A DNA stretch of 63,250 nt, the filler included, from Octopus bimaculoides (taxonomy: Eukaryota), in assembly GCF_001194135.2 (NCBI RefSeq). It is 6 parts of 4 records of this genome, joined end to end, with 100 filler letters (N's around TTAATTAATTAA, not from the genome) between each part and the next. Parts side by side here need not be neighbours in the genome. Positions count along the whole stretch, not along the records: positions 48,413 to 59,055 come from NC_068987.1; positions 59,156 to 62,150 come from NW_026343318.1; positions 62,251 to 63,250 come from NW_026299772.1; 3 more parts are not named here. The stretch is one strand, 5' to 3'. A program made the translations under genes and the position numbers. Below the pieces are notes generated by a model. That model had not been told where the DNA came from and did not search any database. It worked only from the letters and a program-made list of their open reading frames with translations. Below, piece by piece: positions 50,316 to 63,250 of the stretch; the stretch's first letter is position 1; every line of letters begins with the position of its first letter.

Positions 50316-51017
50316 NNNNNNNNNNNNNNNNNNNNNNNNNNNNNNNNNNNNNNNNNNNNNNNNNNNNNNNNNNNNNNNNNNNNNNNNNNNNNNNNNNNNN
50401 NNNNNNNNNNNNNNNNNNNNNNNNNNNNNNNNNNNNNNNNNNNNNNNNNNNNNNNNNNNNNNNNNNNNNNNNNNNNNNNNNNNNNNNNNNNNNNNNNNNN
50501 NNNNNNNNNNNNNNNNNNNNNNNNNNNNNNNNNNNNNNNNNNNNNNNNNNNNNNNNNNNNNNNNNNNNNNNNNNNNNNNNNNNNNNNNNNNNNNNNNNNN
50601 NNNNNNNNNNNNNNNNNNNNNNNNNNNNNNNNNNNNNNNNNNNNNNNNNNNNNNNNNNNNNNNNNNNNNNNNNNNNNNNNNNNNNNNNNNNNNNNNNNNN
50701 NNNNNNNNNNNNNNNNNNNNNNNNNNNNNNNNNNNNNNNNNNNNNNNNNNNNNNNNNNNNNNNNNNNNNNNNNNNNNNNNNNNNNNNNNNNTATATATAT
50801 GAGAATCTGTGTTTGCGTGAGTGTTTAATGTACATGTATGTAATAGATTTGTAAATTCTCATGTGTACATATGTATGCGAGCGTACGTGCGTGCGTGTGT
50901 GTGTCTGTATGTGCTTGTGTGTTTGCGTCTGCGGGTGCTCGTGTGTGTGCGTTTGCGTGTACTTGTGTTTGTGCTTCTGCCTGTGCTTGTGTGTGAGTGT
51001 TTGTGTTTGTCTGTTTG

Positions 51018-51074
<57 letters not shown>

Positions 51075-51287
51075 GTACATTCTTACATTCATAGAGTCAT
51101 CGACATTCAATCTACGTAAACAAACAAAATTTTGGTGCATTATCTTCAATTATATTCGTGTTTCTAGCGATGTTTTGCATTTGTTGTTTTTCGTTATTCT
51201 TTATCTTCATATATTTTCTTTTGGATTTAATTTTTGTCTATATTGGCCAATTTCATTAATAGCCCTATAGACAAATANNNNNNNNNN

Positions 51288-51331
<44 letters not shown>

Positions 51332-53149
51332 GGGTGTTCATATGCGTGCATGCGTGTGCGATAGTATGTGCAGGCATACATGGGTGTGCAATCATATTAG
51401 ATTGTCATCACATAAGGATGATACATCGGTAAGGTGAATAGTGCCTCACATTTATAGCTATTTCTCATTGCCTCCAAGGAAATTACACAATAAAAAATTG
51501 AAGTAACGACAGAAAATCTAAAATAATTGCCGTTGCTAGTTAGCTAAATGTACAATGCTTCTCGCTCATCGATCCGCCTGTACATGAAAATACCCAGTAA
51601 AAATACACGATCGGGTTTGTAAATATAAAACCAGGAGATTTGGAAAGAAAACAAAATAACATATTCAGACAAAAATATGCTCAAAATTCTGGTGTATATT
51701 TGCTGTCGAAGGTTTGCTACATTGTATTTAGCAAATCTCTCTGATTTTATTTTTTCATACAGTGGTGTACGTTCTTTAAAAATATCTTACAATAATATAT
51801 CAGTATTTCCTATCTGAACAATGTTCGCTAGACATCTTGTCTTGAAGACTGTTTATTTGTGTTGACCAATCAGTCAGTATTCAGTATTGTTGAATTACAA
51901 AGTTCTCTCAACACCTCTTTGNNNNNNNNNNNNNNNNNNNNNNNNNNNNNNNNNNNNNNNNNNNNNNNNNNNNNNNNNNNNNNNNNNNNNNNNNNNNNNN
52001 NNNNNNNNNNNNNNNNNNNNNNNNNNNNNNNNNNNNNNNNNNNNNNNNNNNNNNNNNNNNNNNNNNNNNNNNNNNNNNNNNNNNNNNNNNNNNNNNNNNN
52101 NNNNNNNNNNNNNNNNNNNNNNNNNNNNNNNNNNNNNNNNNNNNNNNNNNNNNNNNNNNNNNNNNNNNNNNNNNNNNNNNNNNNNNNNNNNNNNNNNNNN
52201 NNNNNNNNNNNNNNNNNNNNNNNNNNNNNNNNNNNNNNNNNNNNNNNNNNNNNNNNNNNNNNNNNNNNNNNNNNNNNNNNNNNNNNNNNCTAAAAACCCT
52301 TCGAGGTAAAGTACCAGTGAAATACTGCAAGTGGTAAACTCAACTAGTTTCGTCGCCTCAAAATTGCTGGCCTTCAGTTCTGCAAATGTGTTGTCCTACA
52401 ACTGTATCCCGTTCAGATAGAATCGTTTGATCTCGGTCACACAGTCACCATGGATATCGGGAAGCCTTCCTCACGATCACTAGGTTTCAAATATTTTTAA
52501 AGATAAAGATATTACAGTAAATACCCAGTAGCACTTCGCTGATACTTGTCATACTTTCCTCAGTTTTTTTTTTAATTCATGGTGCGGTTTAGGTGCCGAT
52601 ACATTGAAGAACCGGTTTTTCTTTAAATTCATAATAGTTATTATATACATTTTCTTACCTCTTGTACTCTATTGTTCGTAAAGTTTTTTTCCCTTTCCTT
52701 TCCAAGTGGTTGAGTCAGTACTGACATAGTATAGAATACAGAGATATTTACTTAATGAAATTTCTACCCGTGTTCATAAGAAACGAGCATCAGTTTAACA
52801 AGCAACGCAGTTGAGACAGTCTTGACATTAAATTGAGACAGTCTTGACATTAAATTAATTAGACACAGATACACTCACATATATACACATGCAAATGCAC
52901 ACTTCAACATTTGGATATCCCGTACACACTCAGACACATACACACAGACATACACACACACATACCCACACATATATGCACACAAATACAGGTGGTCGCA
53001 TATATATTTATATATATAAACGCGTTTATATATGTATGAACATGTATTTGTGGAAGCTAGCAATTCGACCATATCATTAAAACTTTGAAGAGAATATGCC
53101 TCGTCAGTTGAGCTGGAAGAATCTTTGGATAAGATTCTGAGCGATATTT

Positions 53150-53310
53150 CACCCGTCGCTTCGTTCTGAGTTAAATTTCCGCCAAAATAGACTTTGCCTT
53201 TCATCCTTTCGGGGTCGATAAATCAAGTACCACTTGAATGCTAGAGCCGATTTGATCGACTTACCCCTTCCACGAAATTTCCATCCTTGTGTCCATATTA
53301 GAAAAGATTA
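53150..53310 (+). mobile_element. SINE family A
   Basis: gactttgcctttcatcctttcggggtcgataaa. Confidence 0.85.
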
Positions 53311-53924
53311 TTGAGTGAAAATTCCAAGAATCTGTTGAATTTGAAATCATTCTTTTGGGAACGTGTGTAGTGCTGCAGTCTATTCTACTTGCTTGACTTC
53401 TTGTCGGTCGGACTCTCTTTGTCTCTCTCTCTCTCTCTCTCTCTCTTTGTCTCTGTCTCTTTGTCTCTCTCACTCTCTCTCTCTCTGTCTCTGTATCTTT
53501 CTCTCTCTCACTCTCTCTCTCTCTCTCTCTCCGGTTCTCTCTTTATCTTTTCTCTCTAATTCTGGAAGAAATCCCCTATAGAAGGGTGATAGGCACAGAC
53601 ATTTACCAAACGTCCGCCGAATGAGTGTTAGCTTTTAGAAATGCAAAATTTTGTTTGCATAACTTTCATGTTTACGTCGTCTGTATATATGATCTTTTTT
53701 TTTTTTTTTTTGTATTTTAGTGGCCGGCGACGGACATTAATCTTGTGTTGTGATAGATATTATGTTTGCAGTTCAGAAAGTAGATGCGTCATGAGTAATA
53801 TCACTGAAATTAAGTTGTAAGAGAGAGTAAATAATATCTACACAACATTATATAATTTCCTTCTAAAGTAAGCATTTCTAATGTCTCTTAATTAGCATAT
53901 GTATATATATATAAAGTGTAGTAT

Positions 53925-54122
53925 ATTGCCACTTAAGTGTGGCTGACCCCTAGGGGTGGATGTTACTGTTGCTTTTAGCCCCAGGAGGACATCTCCTCCA
54001 GCTGGCTTATCGACACACGATTGTGTCCTGTTTGCCAAGGGAGTTATCCCTCTCACCACGGCCAGCAGCACGAACGTATCCGGATTTCAGGGTTATTTCC
54101 CTTCGTCGGCGTTCGACAGCTG
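53925..54122 (-). mobile_element. Hammerhead-bearing short element, copy 3 (diverged subfamily; cut by a gap)
   Basis: ttgcca...tgtggc...tactgttgc.ttagccccagga..cat.tc.tccagct...cgacac...gtgtcc aligns with 313-524. Confidence 0.7.
54071..54115 (-). ncRNA. Minimal type I hammerhead ribozyme variant (core CCGACGA), second subfamily
   Basis: Minus strand reads CGAACG-CCGACGA-AGGG AAAUAA CCCU-GAA-AUCCGGAU-A-CGUUCG: stem I 6 bp, stem II 4 bp, fully palindromic stem III, AUA triplet. Confidence 0.72.
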
Positions 54123-54489
54123 NNNNNNNNNNATATATATATATATATATACATATTTATATCTTCATGTATGTGCGTATCCATCTGCTTGTATGTATTT
54201 ATATCTGTCTGTCTGTCGGTCGGTATGTATAGTGAAGCAAATTTATAGGAGAAGGAAAACCTGGAATAACACCCACCTCATTGTGGGAGATCTTGCTCTT
54301 GCCTGTTTCTGGAACATTTGGCCTTGTTGGTAAGAGTTTTGTCGGTTCTGTACATTCCATTGACCTTCAAATTCAGCAAGGGGACTGTTGGAAGCACCTC
54401 TCTTTAATATCTAAGCTGATCATACTTGTCCAACCATTCGAGAGCCAAAATGTATGTATGTATGTATGTATGTATGTATGTATGTACAT

Positions 54490-54990
54490 ATCCTTTTATT
54501 CTTTTACTTGTTACAGTCATTTGACTGTGGCCATGCTGGAGCACCGCCTTTAGTCGAATCAAATNNNNNNNNNNATGTACATATCCTTTTATTCTTTTAC
54601 TTGTTACAGTCATTTGACTGTGGCCATGCTGGAGCACCGCCTTTAGTCGAATCAAATCGACACCAGGACTTATTCTTTGTAAACCTAGTATTTATTCTAT
54701 CGGTCTATTTTGCCGAACTGCTAACTTACGGGACGTAAACACACGGACATTGGTTTTCAGGCGTTGTTGCGGGAACAAACACACACAGCTTCACACACGC
54801 ATGCGAGCACACACACACACATATACGATAGGCTTCTTTCAGTTTCCGTCTACCAAATCGACTGACAAGGGTTTTGTCGGTCCGTGGCTATAGTAGAAGA
54901 TGCTCGCTCAATGTGCCACGCAGTGGGACTGAACCCGGAACCTTGTGGTTGGAAAGCAAGTTTCTTACCACGTAGCCACGCCTGCACCTA
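54490..54990 (-). mobile_element. SINE family B
   Basis: Same modules as 10826-11272; the 3' end is duplicated across a 10-N gap. Confidence 0.85.
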
Positions 54991-55059
54991 TGTATGTATG
55001 TATATGTGTGTGTTCCCTTCTGAGGAAGGAGCCAATTATAAGTGAACCAGAATCGAAAA

Positions 55060-55440
55060 GTATTGAGCAGGCTATTTCATTCTGTTATACACCGCTGGTC
55101 ACAACACGCTTCCAATTCTGCTTTGATGGCGCCATTCTTTTCCATCTTGGCCTAAATTTCTTAACGGAATCTTCTTCCCATAGTCGTGGATGTCCTGCAA
55201 GTGGTCTTTTCCGATCTTTAGGATACCAATTGCGAACTGTGCGCGTTCACGTGTTGTCTGTGAACCTTGCGACCTGTCCCGTCCAGTGGTACTCTGCTAA
55301 CACATCGTTTACTCTGCTCTGTTCTCGAAATATCTCATTTCGAATGAGCTCTCTTATTGATATTCCCAGCATTTATCTTTCCATGACCCTTTGCCAATCG
55401 AAGTTCTAACCGCTTCAACGTAGCTGGGTCTCACTCGCAT
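55060..55440 (-). mobile_element. RTE-clade LINE, C-terminal remnant
   Basis: MLGISIRELIRNE..R.QSRVNDV...HWTGQVARFTDN...WYPKDRKRP matches the RTE WAGHVAR / RPRGRP region. Confidence 0.75.
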
Positions 55441-58400
55441 ATATGTGTATATAGACAGAAACGGATAGTTACAGAGAGAAAAGAGAGGGAAGCTAGATAG
55501 ATAGATGAAATATGCTATATTCAACACTGTCCTAATATATAGCATGTAACCATAAAACGCCTCATACACAGTTAGTGACAATTTTTAGCTGCGACATTAC
55601 ATAAGTATCAGTTAAACATCTTACAAGTATAAGTGAATATAAATATTTGGTGCTAGATTAACAAAACCTTTAGTACTTCGCTGCTCTCTAGCCATAAACA
55701 TTCCTTAATTGACCATCGTTCCGAATAAACCGATGTCGGAAGCTGTATTAGAGTTATGGAACCAAAAGTCCTCCTATTTTATTAATATCCGGATTAAGGT
55801 GAAAATATCCCCTCAGAGCCTATGAAGGGAAAATACTAACATAGTCTAACATATGACATGTTCTATAAAATACTGATCGCCTATGGTCGTCAGTGAACTT
55901 TTATTTCTTTTACTGGTTGCTTACTGTTAGATTGCTCTATAGTGTACACGGAGCAACGTGCATCTGTTATCAACTACGTGACTCTGTTTACCAATGTCCT
56001 CTAATATCTTCGACATGTAGAAATAAAAACTCCCGATTAATACACTATTGAAACGACTACAAAATATTTACAATATTCTATGCCTATACTGAATGTTCTT
56101 CCAGACTGCTATCCAACAAGACCACATAAACAAACAAATATGTATGTATATATATATATATCATGTATATATATATANNNNNNNNNNNNNNNNNNNNNNN
56201 NNNNNNNNNNNNNNNNNNNNNNNNNNNNNNNNNNNNNNNNNNNNNNNNNNNNNNNNNNNNNNNNNNNNNNNNNNNNNNNNNNNNNNNNNNNNNNNNNNNN
56301 NNNNNNNNNNNNNNNNNNNNNNNNNNNNNNNNNNNNNNNNNNNNNNNNNNNNNNNNNNNNNNNNNNNNNNNNNNNNNNNNNNNNNNNNNNNNNNNNNNNN
56401 NNNNNNNNNNNNNNNNNNNNNNNNNNNNNNNNNNNNNNNNNNNNNNNNNNNNNNNNNNNNNNNNNNNNNNNNNNNNNNNNNNNNNNNNNNNNNNNNNNNN
56501 NNNNNNNNNNNNNNNNNNNNNNNNNNNNNNNNNNNNNNNNNNNNNNNNNNNNNNNNNNNNNNNNNNNNNNNNNNNNNNNNNNNNNNNNNNNNNNNNNNNN
56601 NNNNNNNNNNNNNNNNNNNNNNNNNNNNNNNNNNNNNNNNNNNNNNNNGATATAAATGTTCAATATTAGTAAAAAAAAAATATTCGCTATTTTATTTATT
56701 ATTTATTATTTTTTTTTGTTATATAAATTCAATATTTTCCAGAGAACAGGAAAATTATATATCTATGAAAAAAAACGACTAAAATTTAACTTAATAATAT
56801 TAATAAAATGGCTGTCAGATATTGGGAAGATGACACTACACCAAATAATTTATAAGTAGTATATCGGAACAGATATATATTTATACTTATTACATATAGA
56901 TGTTCTGGGTTTAAATGGCCAAAAAAAAAAAAACAGCTGATGATCTGAGGAATACAAATGAACGAAGGGGTTCTCCATTGTGTGTTGCCTTGCATGAATG
57001 AATTGCTATAACCAGCCCCTACCAGGCCAAACCTAATTGATGTATCAGCCGCACTCTTGTTATCTATTTTTTACTTCATTCATTATTTTGGGACAATTCG
57101 AAAGTATGTATGTATCCGTGGTCCGTGATCTCCGACATTTTGAGAAATGTGATACCAACTACTAGCCATTATTTTTCCCAAGTTTACTCTTATCCCGAGT
57201 ATTAATATCTCTCAGAGTCTCAGTAAGTGTTTCTGGTAGCAACGGAAGGTATAGCAGAACTAGTTAAAGTACTGTCTCTAAAATGGACTCGACCAATGAT
57301 GACAAAAAGCGAACCACATATCCTCCATCATTTGCATACTAAGTAAGTTTATATACTATCGCTCTGCATGCTGGTATTAGCCACGAAATTGTGTTCAAAT
57401 TACATCTACCACCTTAATCAAATATAAGTATTTGAGACAAATATGAGACTACATTGTCCTCTGTCACATGCAAACTATCGAGATGGTAATGGTTGTAAAA
57501 TCCTTGATAATAACGTTGTTCGATAAAGGCTCAAAAAGGGATTAAATATAAGATGAAGGTGGATTTTATAAATGTGATATTAGTGACTTCTCATTCAGAT
57601 CACAGACTTCAGAAAACAAATGAAGAGCAGAGGATCAAATTCAATACCAACTTCATTCTCAACGGGATTAATCGACCTGCTAAAAATTGCAGAAATTTGT
57701 TCAGGTATTCTATACCCGTAGGAAATTTCTTTGAAATTGTTCTGTCACTCTTCGTATGTTACAACATCTAAAACTGCTATATTTCTCTTATATCATTCCA
57801 TTCCCTCTCATCCGTGGTTTTATTGTCCATTACTGTCTTTCCATTGCCATTCGTTGTTAACATACTCTCTCTGCCATTGTCATAATCTCTCTAACTGCCG
57901 TTGTCATACTTCTACATCTTGTGATACTCTGGGTGTAAGTCTATGTAGATTGATTTCTACTTTGTTTTGGCAGCTTAATATTAGAAGACGCAGGAATGGC
58001 TTCAGATCCTCATATCCCATTGGCTATATTTCTCTTATATCACCCCATTCCTCCTTATCCGTTATTCCATTGTCAGTGAAGCATATCAAGAAACGATAAT
58101 GATGTTAATCTTATTCATAAACAACCAAATCCTTTAAGCCCGTAATGAAGCCAGCAATAACCCGTGGGATTCATTAAGTTTTATGCTGTACCATGAATTC
58201 CAGCTTACCATTTAAATACTAAGCGGAACTCATTTACCGTGTGTCTGACCAGGATTGTTCTCTATACTCTGTGACACCTGCGTCATATTCATACATTTCA
58301 GCTTGGTCTGAGGAAGCTTCAAATTATATGGGCTTTTGCAGACTTACCCACAAACGCATTTCGTATCCATTATTGTATTTCTATTACCATTCGTTATTAG

Positions 58401-58589
58401 CATACTCTGTAACTACAATTGTTATAGTCCTCGCTGGGCGAATGTCTATGTAGACGTATTTTGGTTTGTTTTGGAGCCTTCATATGAGAAGTTGCATGAG
58501 TGGCTTCAGACTCTCACAACCCCATTGGCTGCTCGCTATATTTCTCATTCCTGGCTAGTCACACGAAATAATTGTATTCACCCGAAAGA

Positions 58590-58812
58590 ATATCATTGGT
58601 TTCAAATTTTAGCACATGGGCAACAATTTCAAGAGGGTGGTTAAATGGATTACATCAATCGCAGTACTTCACTGATACTTATTTTATCGACCCCGAAAAG
58701 TGGAAAGGCAAAATCGACCTCGGCGGAATTTAAGCTCAAAACGTAAAAACGGATGAAATGCCATCAAGCATACTTACATGGCGTGCTAACCATTCTCCCA
58801 GATCACCGCCTT
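58590..58812 (-). mobile_element. SINE family A
   Basis: atcgaccccgaaa...aaggcaaaatcgacctcggcggaattt. Confidence 0.8.
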
Positions 58813-59017
58813 AACCACAGAAACAAATATTGATTTCCAAATGTCTCAGCTTAGGACCAACAGCATTGATCTTGCAGGCGTGAAAGTGTTTTGAGTCTCC
58901 CAGTCATAGCAATACAATTTTTTTGCCATTAAAATCTGTAGTTTCTCTATATAGACCGCACTATACGTGACTCATCCACTATAAATTTATATACATCAAT
59001 ACAAAGACACATCGCCA

Positions 59018-59055
<38 letters not shown>

Positions 59056-59904
59056 NNNNNNNNNNNNNNNNNNNNNNNNNNNNNNNNNNNNNNNNNNNNT
59101 TAATTAATTAANNNNNNNNNNNNNNNNNNNNNNNNNNNNNNNNNNNNNNNNNNNNACTACAGTACTGCGTCGTTGCAGTACTGCACTACTGCGTCGTTGT
59201 TATTGCATTAAGATTCTGGTGCATTGTAGTAGTCGAGACGCATAAAACAGTGACAGGTGTTTAAAGTATGTTCTAAATGTTAAGTCAAGTGGAAAACAAC
59301 AAAAGGTTGGTCTTAAAATAGTCAACAAGCCTCTTCTCAAAATATTTCACACAACTCTCTCTCCTAAGAAATTAGCATTATTTACCTTTTGTATAGTGAT
59401 GACAGACGTACATACATCATAATACATACATACATATATACATGCATTCATACATACATACATACATGCATACATACGTACATGCATACATACATACTAA
59501 GATCCCACAATACGATAGAAGGCATTGCTGCTAATGATAGTAAGAATTACTTGTGGAATGTTCCAGTGAAAACAGTTTTAGAGGTCAGATGACCAGCGGA
59601 TGTTAACATAAACCCTAAGATCAGCGAAACACGAAATAAATACCTACACTGAACACTTGAGAAACTTATTTACTCTATCCAGATTACATTTTCACGTATA
59701 AATCCGAACTTGTAATCTGTAATTATTGGACCATTGGGATATAAAATGCATGTATGTATGTGTATGTATGCATGTATATATGCATGTATATATGCATGTA
59801 TTTGTGTGTGTGTTTGTGCCTCCGTTTGTCCCACCATCATCACCACCACCACTACCACCATTACTTGAGAATTGATATTGTTGCATTTTCGTCTCTGTAA
59901 TTTA

Positions 59905-60040
59905 GCTGTTCAGAAGAAGAGACGGCTAGAATAAGTACCAGGTTTACAAGGAATAAGTCCAGGGGTCAATTTCTTCGATTAAAGTGTGGTGCCCTAGCAT
60001 GACCACCGTCAAGTGACTGAAACAAGTAAAAGAATAAAAG
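59905..60040 (+). mobile_element. SINE family B, 3' part
   Basis: gaataagtcc.ggggtc...tgactgaaacaagtaaaagaataaaag. Confidence 0.7.
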
Positions 60041-61332
60041 ATTACCAGAAAAACCGTTCCATACCACTCCTTAAAAAGACCATTTCAATACAATGGCCTT
60101 TCTCTCTCTCTTTTACCACATCCATCTCTCTATCAGTCTGACTATCAGTCTATCTAGCCATCTCTCTATCTGCCTGTCTATCTATCTATCTGCGNNNNNN
60201 NNNNNNNNNNNNNNNNNNNNNNNNNNNNNNNNNNNNNNNNNNNNNNNNNNNNNNNNNNNNNNNNNNNNNNNNNNNNNNNNNNNNNNNNNNNNNNNNNNNN
60301 NNNNNNNNNNNNNNNNNNNNNNNNNNNNNNNNNNNNNNNNNNNNNNNNNNNNNNNNNNNNNNNNNNNNNNNNNNNNNNNNNNNNNNNNNNNNNNNNNNNN
60401 NNNNNNNNNNNNNNNNNNNNNNNNNNNNNNNNNNNNNNNNNNNNNNNNNNNNNNNNNNNNNNNNNNNNNNNNNNNNNNNNNNNNNNNNNNNNNNNNNNNN
60501 NNNNNNNNNNNNNNNNNNNNNNNNNNNNNNNNNNNNNNNNNNNNNNNNNNNNNNNNNNNNNNNNNNNNNNNNNNNNNNNNNNNNNNNNNNNNNNNNNNNN
60601 NNNNNNNNNNNNNNNNNNNNNNNNNNNNNNNNNNNNNNNNNNNNNNNNNNNNNNNNNNNNNNNNNNNNNNNNNNNNNNNNNNNNNNNNNNNNNNNNNNNN
60701 NNNNNNNNNNNNNNNNNNNNNNNNNNNNNNNNNNNNNNNNNNNNNNNNNNNNNNNNNNNNNNNNNNNNNNNNNNNNNNNNNNNNNNNNNNNNNNNNNNNN
60801 NNNNNNNNNNNNNNNNNNNNNNNNNNNNNNNNNNNNNNNNNNNNNNNNNNNNNNNNNNNNNNNNNNNNNNNNNNNNNNNNNNNNNNNNNNNNNNNNNNNN
60901 NNNNNNNNNNNNNNNNNNNNNNNNNNNNNNNNNNNNNNNNNNNNNNNNNNNNNNNNNNNNNNNNNNNNNNNNNNNNNNATATGTGTGTGTGTGTGTGTGT
61001 GTGTGTGATTATATGTATTTATTTTATCCTAATTAATAATAATTCGGATAGAATAAATGGGTTAATAGAAACCAGGGTAGCAAAGATCACAAAATAACTG
61101 TGGTGTAATTCCTGTTTGTGAGGCAGAAACTCCTTGATATTTTGGGTACTTGAGTATATATAAATTTAAGGAATGGAGTGAACGCATGTTATAACTGCAT
61201 ACTTTATTCCGGCATATGTTTCGAAGAATTACAAATTATGCGATCCATAGGAATCGTCGATGTTAAAAATGTAAATTTCTCCTCAGGGAAATGTATGGGA
61301 ACCATCTTAAATTTAAGACATTATGACCGAGT

Positions 61333-62150
61333 ATGAGAACTATAGTTGGGTTAAAACTTAGTTTATGGTCCAATTTTTTGGATGTAGTTAAATGGTTTCG
61401 TAACATTAATAACAAGCATAACGCCAAATTTATCCAGTTTGACATATCTAACTTTTATTCGTCAATTAACCCCATTATTTTAAGCAAAGCACTTTGGTTT
61501 GCTCATAAGAAGGCGGGCATGTCTAGAGAGGAATTTAAAGTTATTAAAGCAGCACGAAATTCTATAATTAAGTTCAATAACAAACTATGGATACGTAAGG
61601 ACACCCCAGAAGAATTTGATGTCCCTATGGGAAGTTCCGATTCAGCACAAATAGCTGATTTAATCTGCACATACATTCTTTATGAATTAGAAGACCAATT
61701 CCCAAATTTTAAGGGTGGTCTATACAGAGACGATTGTTCACTATATTTAGAGAACACCACAAACCAAAAAATACAAAAAGTTAAAAATAGACTAGCTAGG
61801 TTTTTCAGTAGAATGGGCTTTATTATAGTATTTGAAGATGAAACATCTATAGCTAACTTCTTGGATGTCACTCTAGACCTACACACTAAAACATTCTTCC
61901 CTTATCACAAACCCTCCACTAACCTAAAATACATCAGCAAGTTCAGCAATCATCCAAATTCGGTAACAAGAAATTTAGTTAAGAACATTTCACTTAGACT
62001 ATCCAATCTATCTACAAACGAAAATATTTTCAATAAGGAGGCTGAAGTTTACAACTCAGCTTTATTAAAAGCAGGTTATAGAGAAAAAGTTAATTATATT
62101 TATTCTACTTATGAAACCGATTTGAGTAATAATAATAATAGTAATAATAA
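61333..62150 (+). mobile_element. Penelope-like retroelement reverse transcriptase ORF (5'-truncated, runs into a gap)
   Basis: About 272 codons without a stop, with PLE RT motifs LWSN..V.KWF, FIQFDISNFYSSI, FDVPMGSSDSA, GLYRDD, NFLDVTLDL and PYHKP...YI...SNHP. It ends in (AAT)n at the gap. Confidence 0.9.
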
Positions 62151-62252
62151 NNNNNNNNNNNNNNNNNNNNNNNNNNNNNNNNNNNNNNNNNNNNTTAATT
62201 AATTAANNNNNNNNNNNNNNNNNNNNNNNNNNNNNNNNNNNNNNNNNNNNAC

Positions 62253-63250
<998 letters not shown>

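Noticed and set aside
52811-52854. 22-bp tandem duplication ttgagacagtcttgacattaaa
   Set aside because: Simple slippage with only two units and no spacers, so not CRISPR-like.
54481-54655. Identical ~85-bp duplication around a 10-N gap
   Set aside because: Typical negative-gap assembly artefact.
61264-61335. In-frame TGA at 61324 upstream of the PLE ORF as selenocysteine readthrough
   Set aside because: A TAA lies 20 codons further upstream, the peptide in between has no clear RT similarity, and no SECIS is visible.
30655-62206. Recurrent TTAATTAATTAA motif
   Set aside because: Five copies sit at the exact centre of 100-bp N blocks, so it is a scaffolding linker rather than biology.

Overview
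AT-rich, gap-riddled animal genomic DNA, probably a coleoid cephalopod (Octopus-like), inferred from the SINE families, microsatellite load and actin sequence and not verified by search. The only confident host gene is an actin on the minus strand at the right edge (62253 to beyond 63250, codons 44-375 in one uninterrupted stretch). The rest is mostly repeats: several tRNA-derived SINE families (many with target-site duplications), hAT and Tc1/mariner MITEs, and remnants of mariner, Gypsy, CR1-like, RTE and R4/Dong-like elements. An open Penelope-like (PLE) reverse transcriptase ORF lies at 61333-62150. The most interesting signal is a set of short elements ending at (TA)n tracts that carry minimal type I hammerhead-ribozyme folds with non-canonical cores. 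Two homologous copies (478-524 and 54071-54115, minus strand) share the core CCGACGA...GAAA but have different, fully pairing stems I and III. A third (46043-46079) has the core CUGUUGA. The copy at 478-524 sits in a ~356-nt direct repeat resembling a retrozyme monomer or PLE pseudo-LTR. Most ORFs in the supplied track are microsatellite or N-gap artefacts. SINE family labels A-D are my own working names, and many repeat boundaries are approximate.
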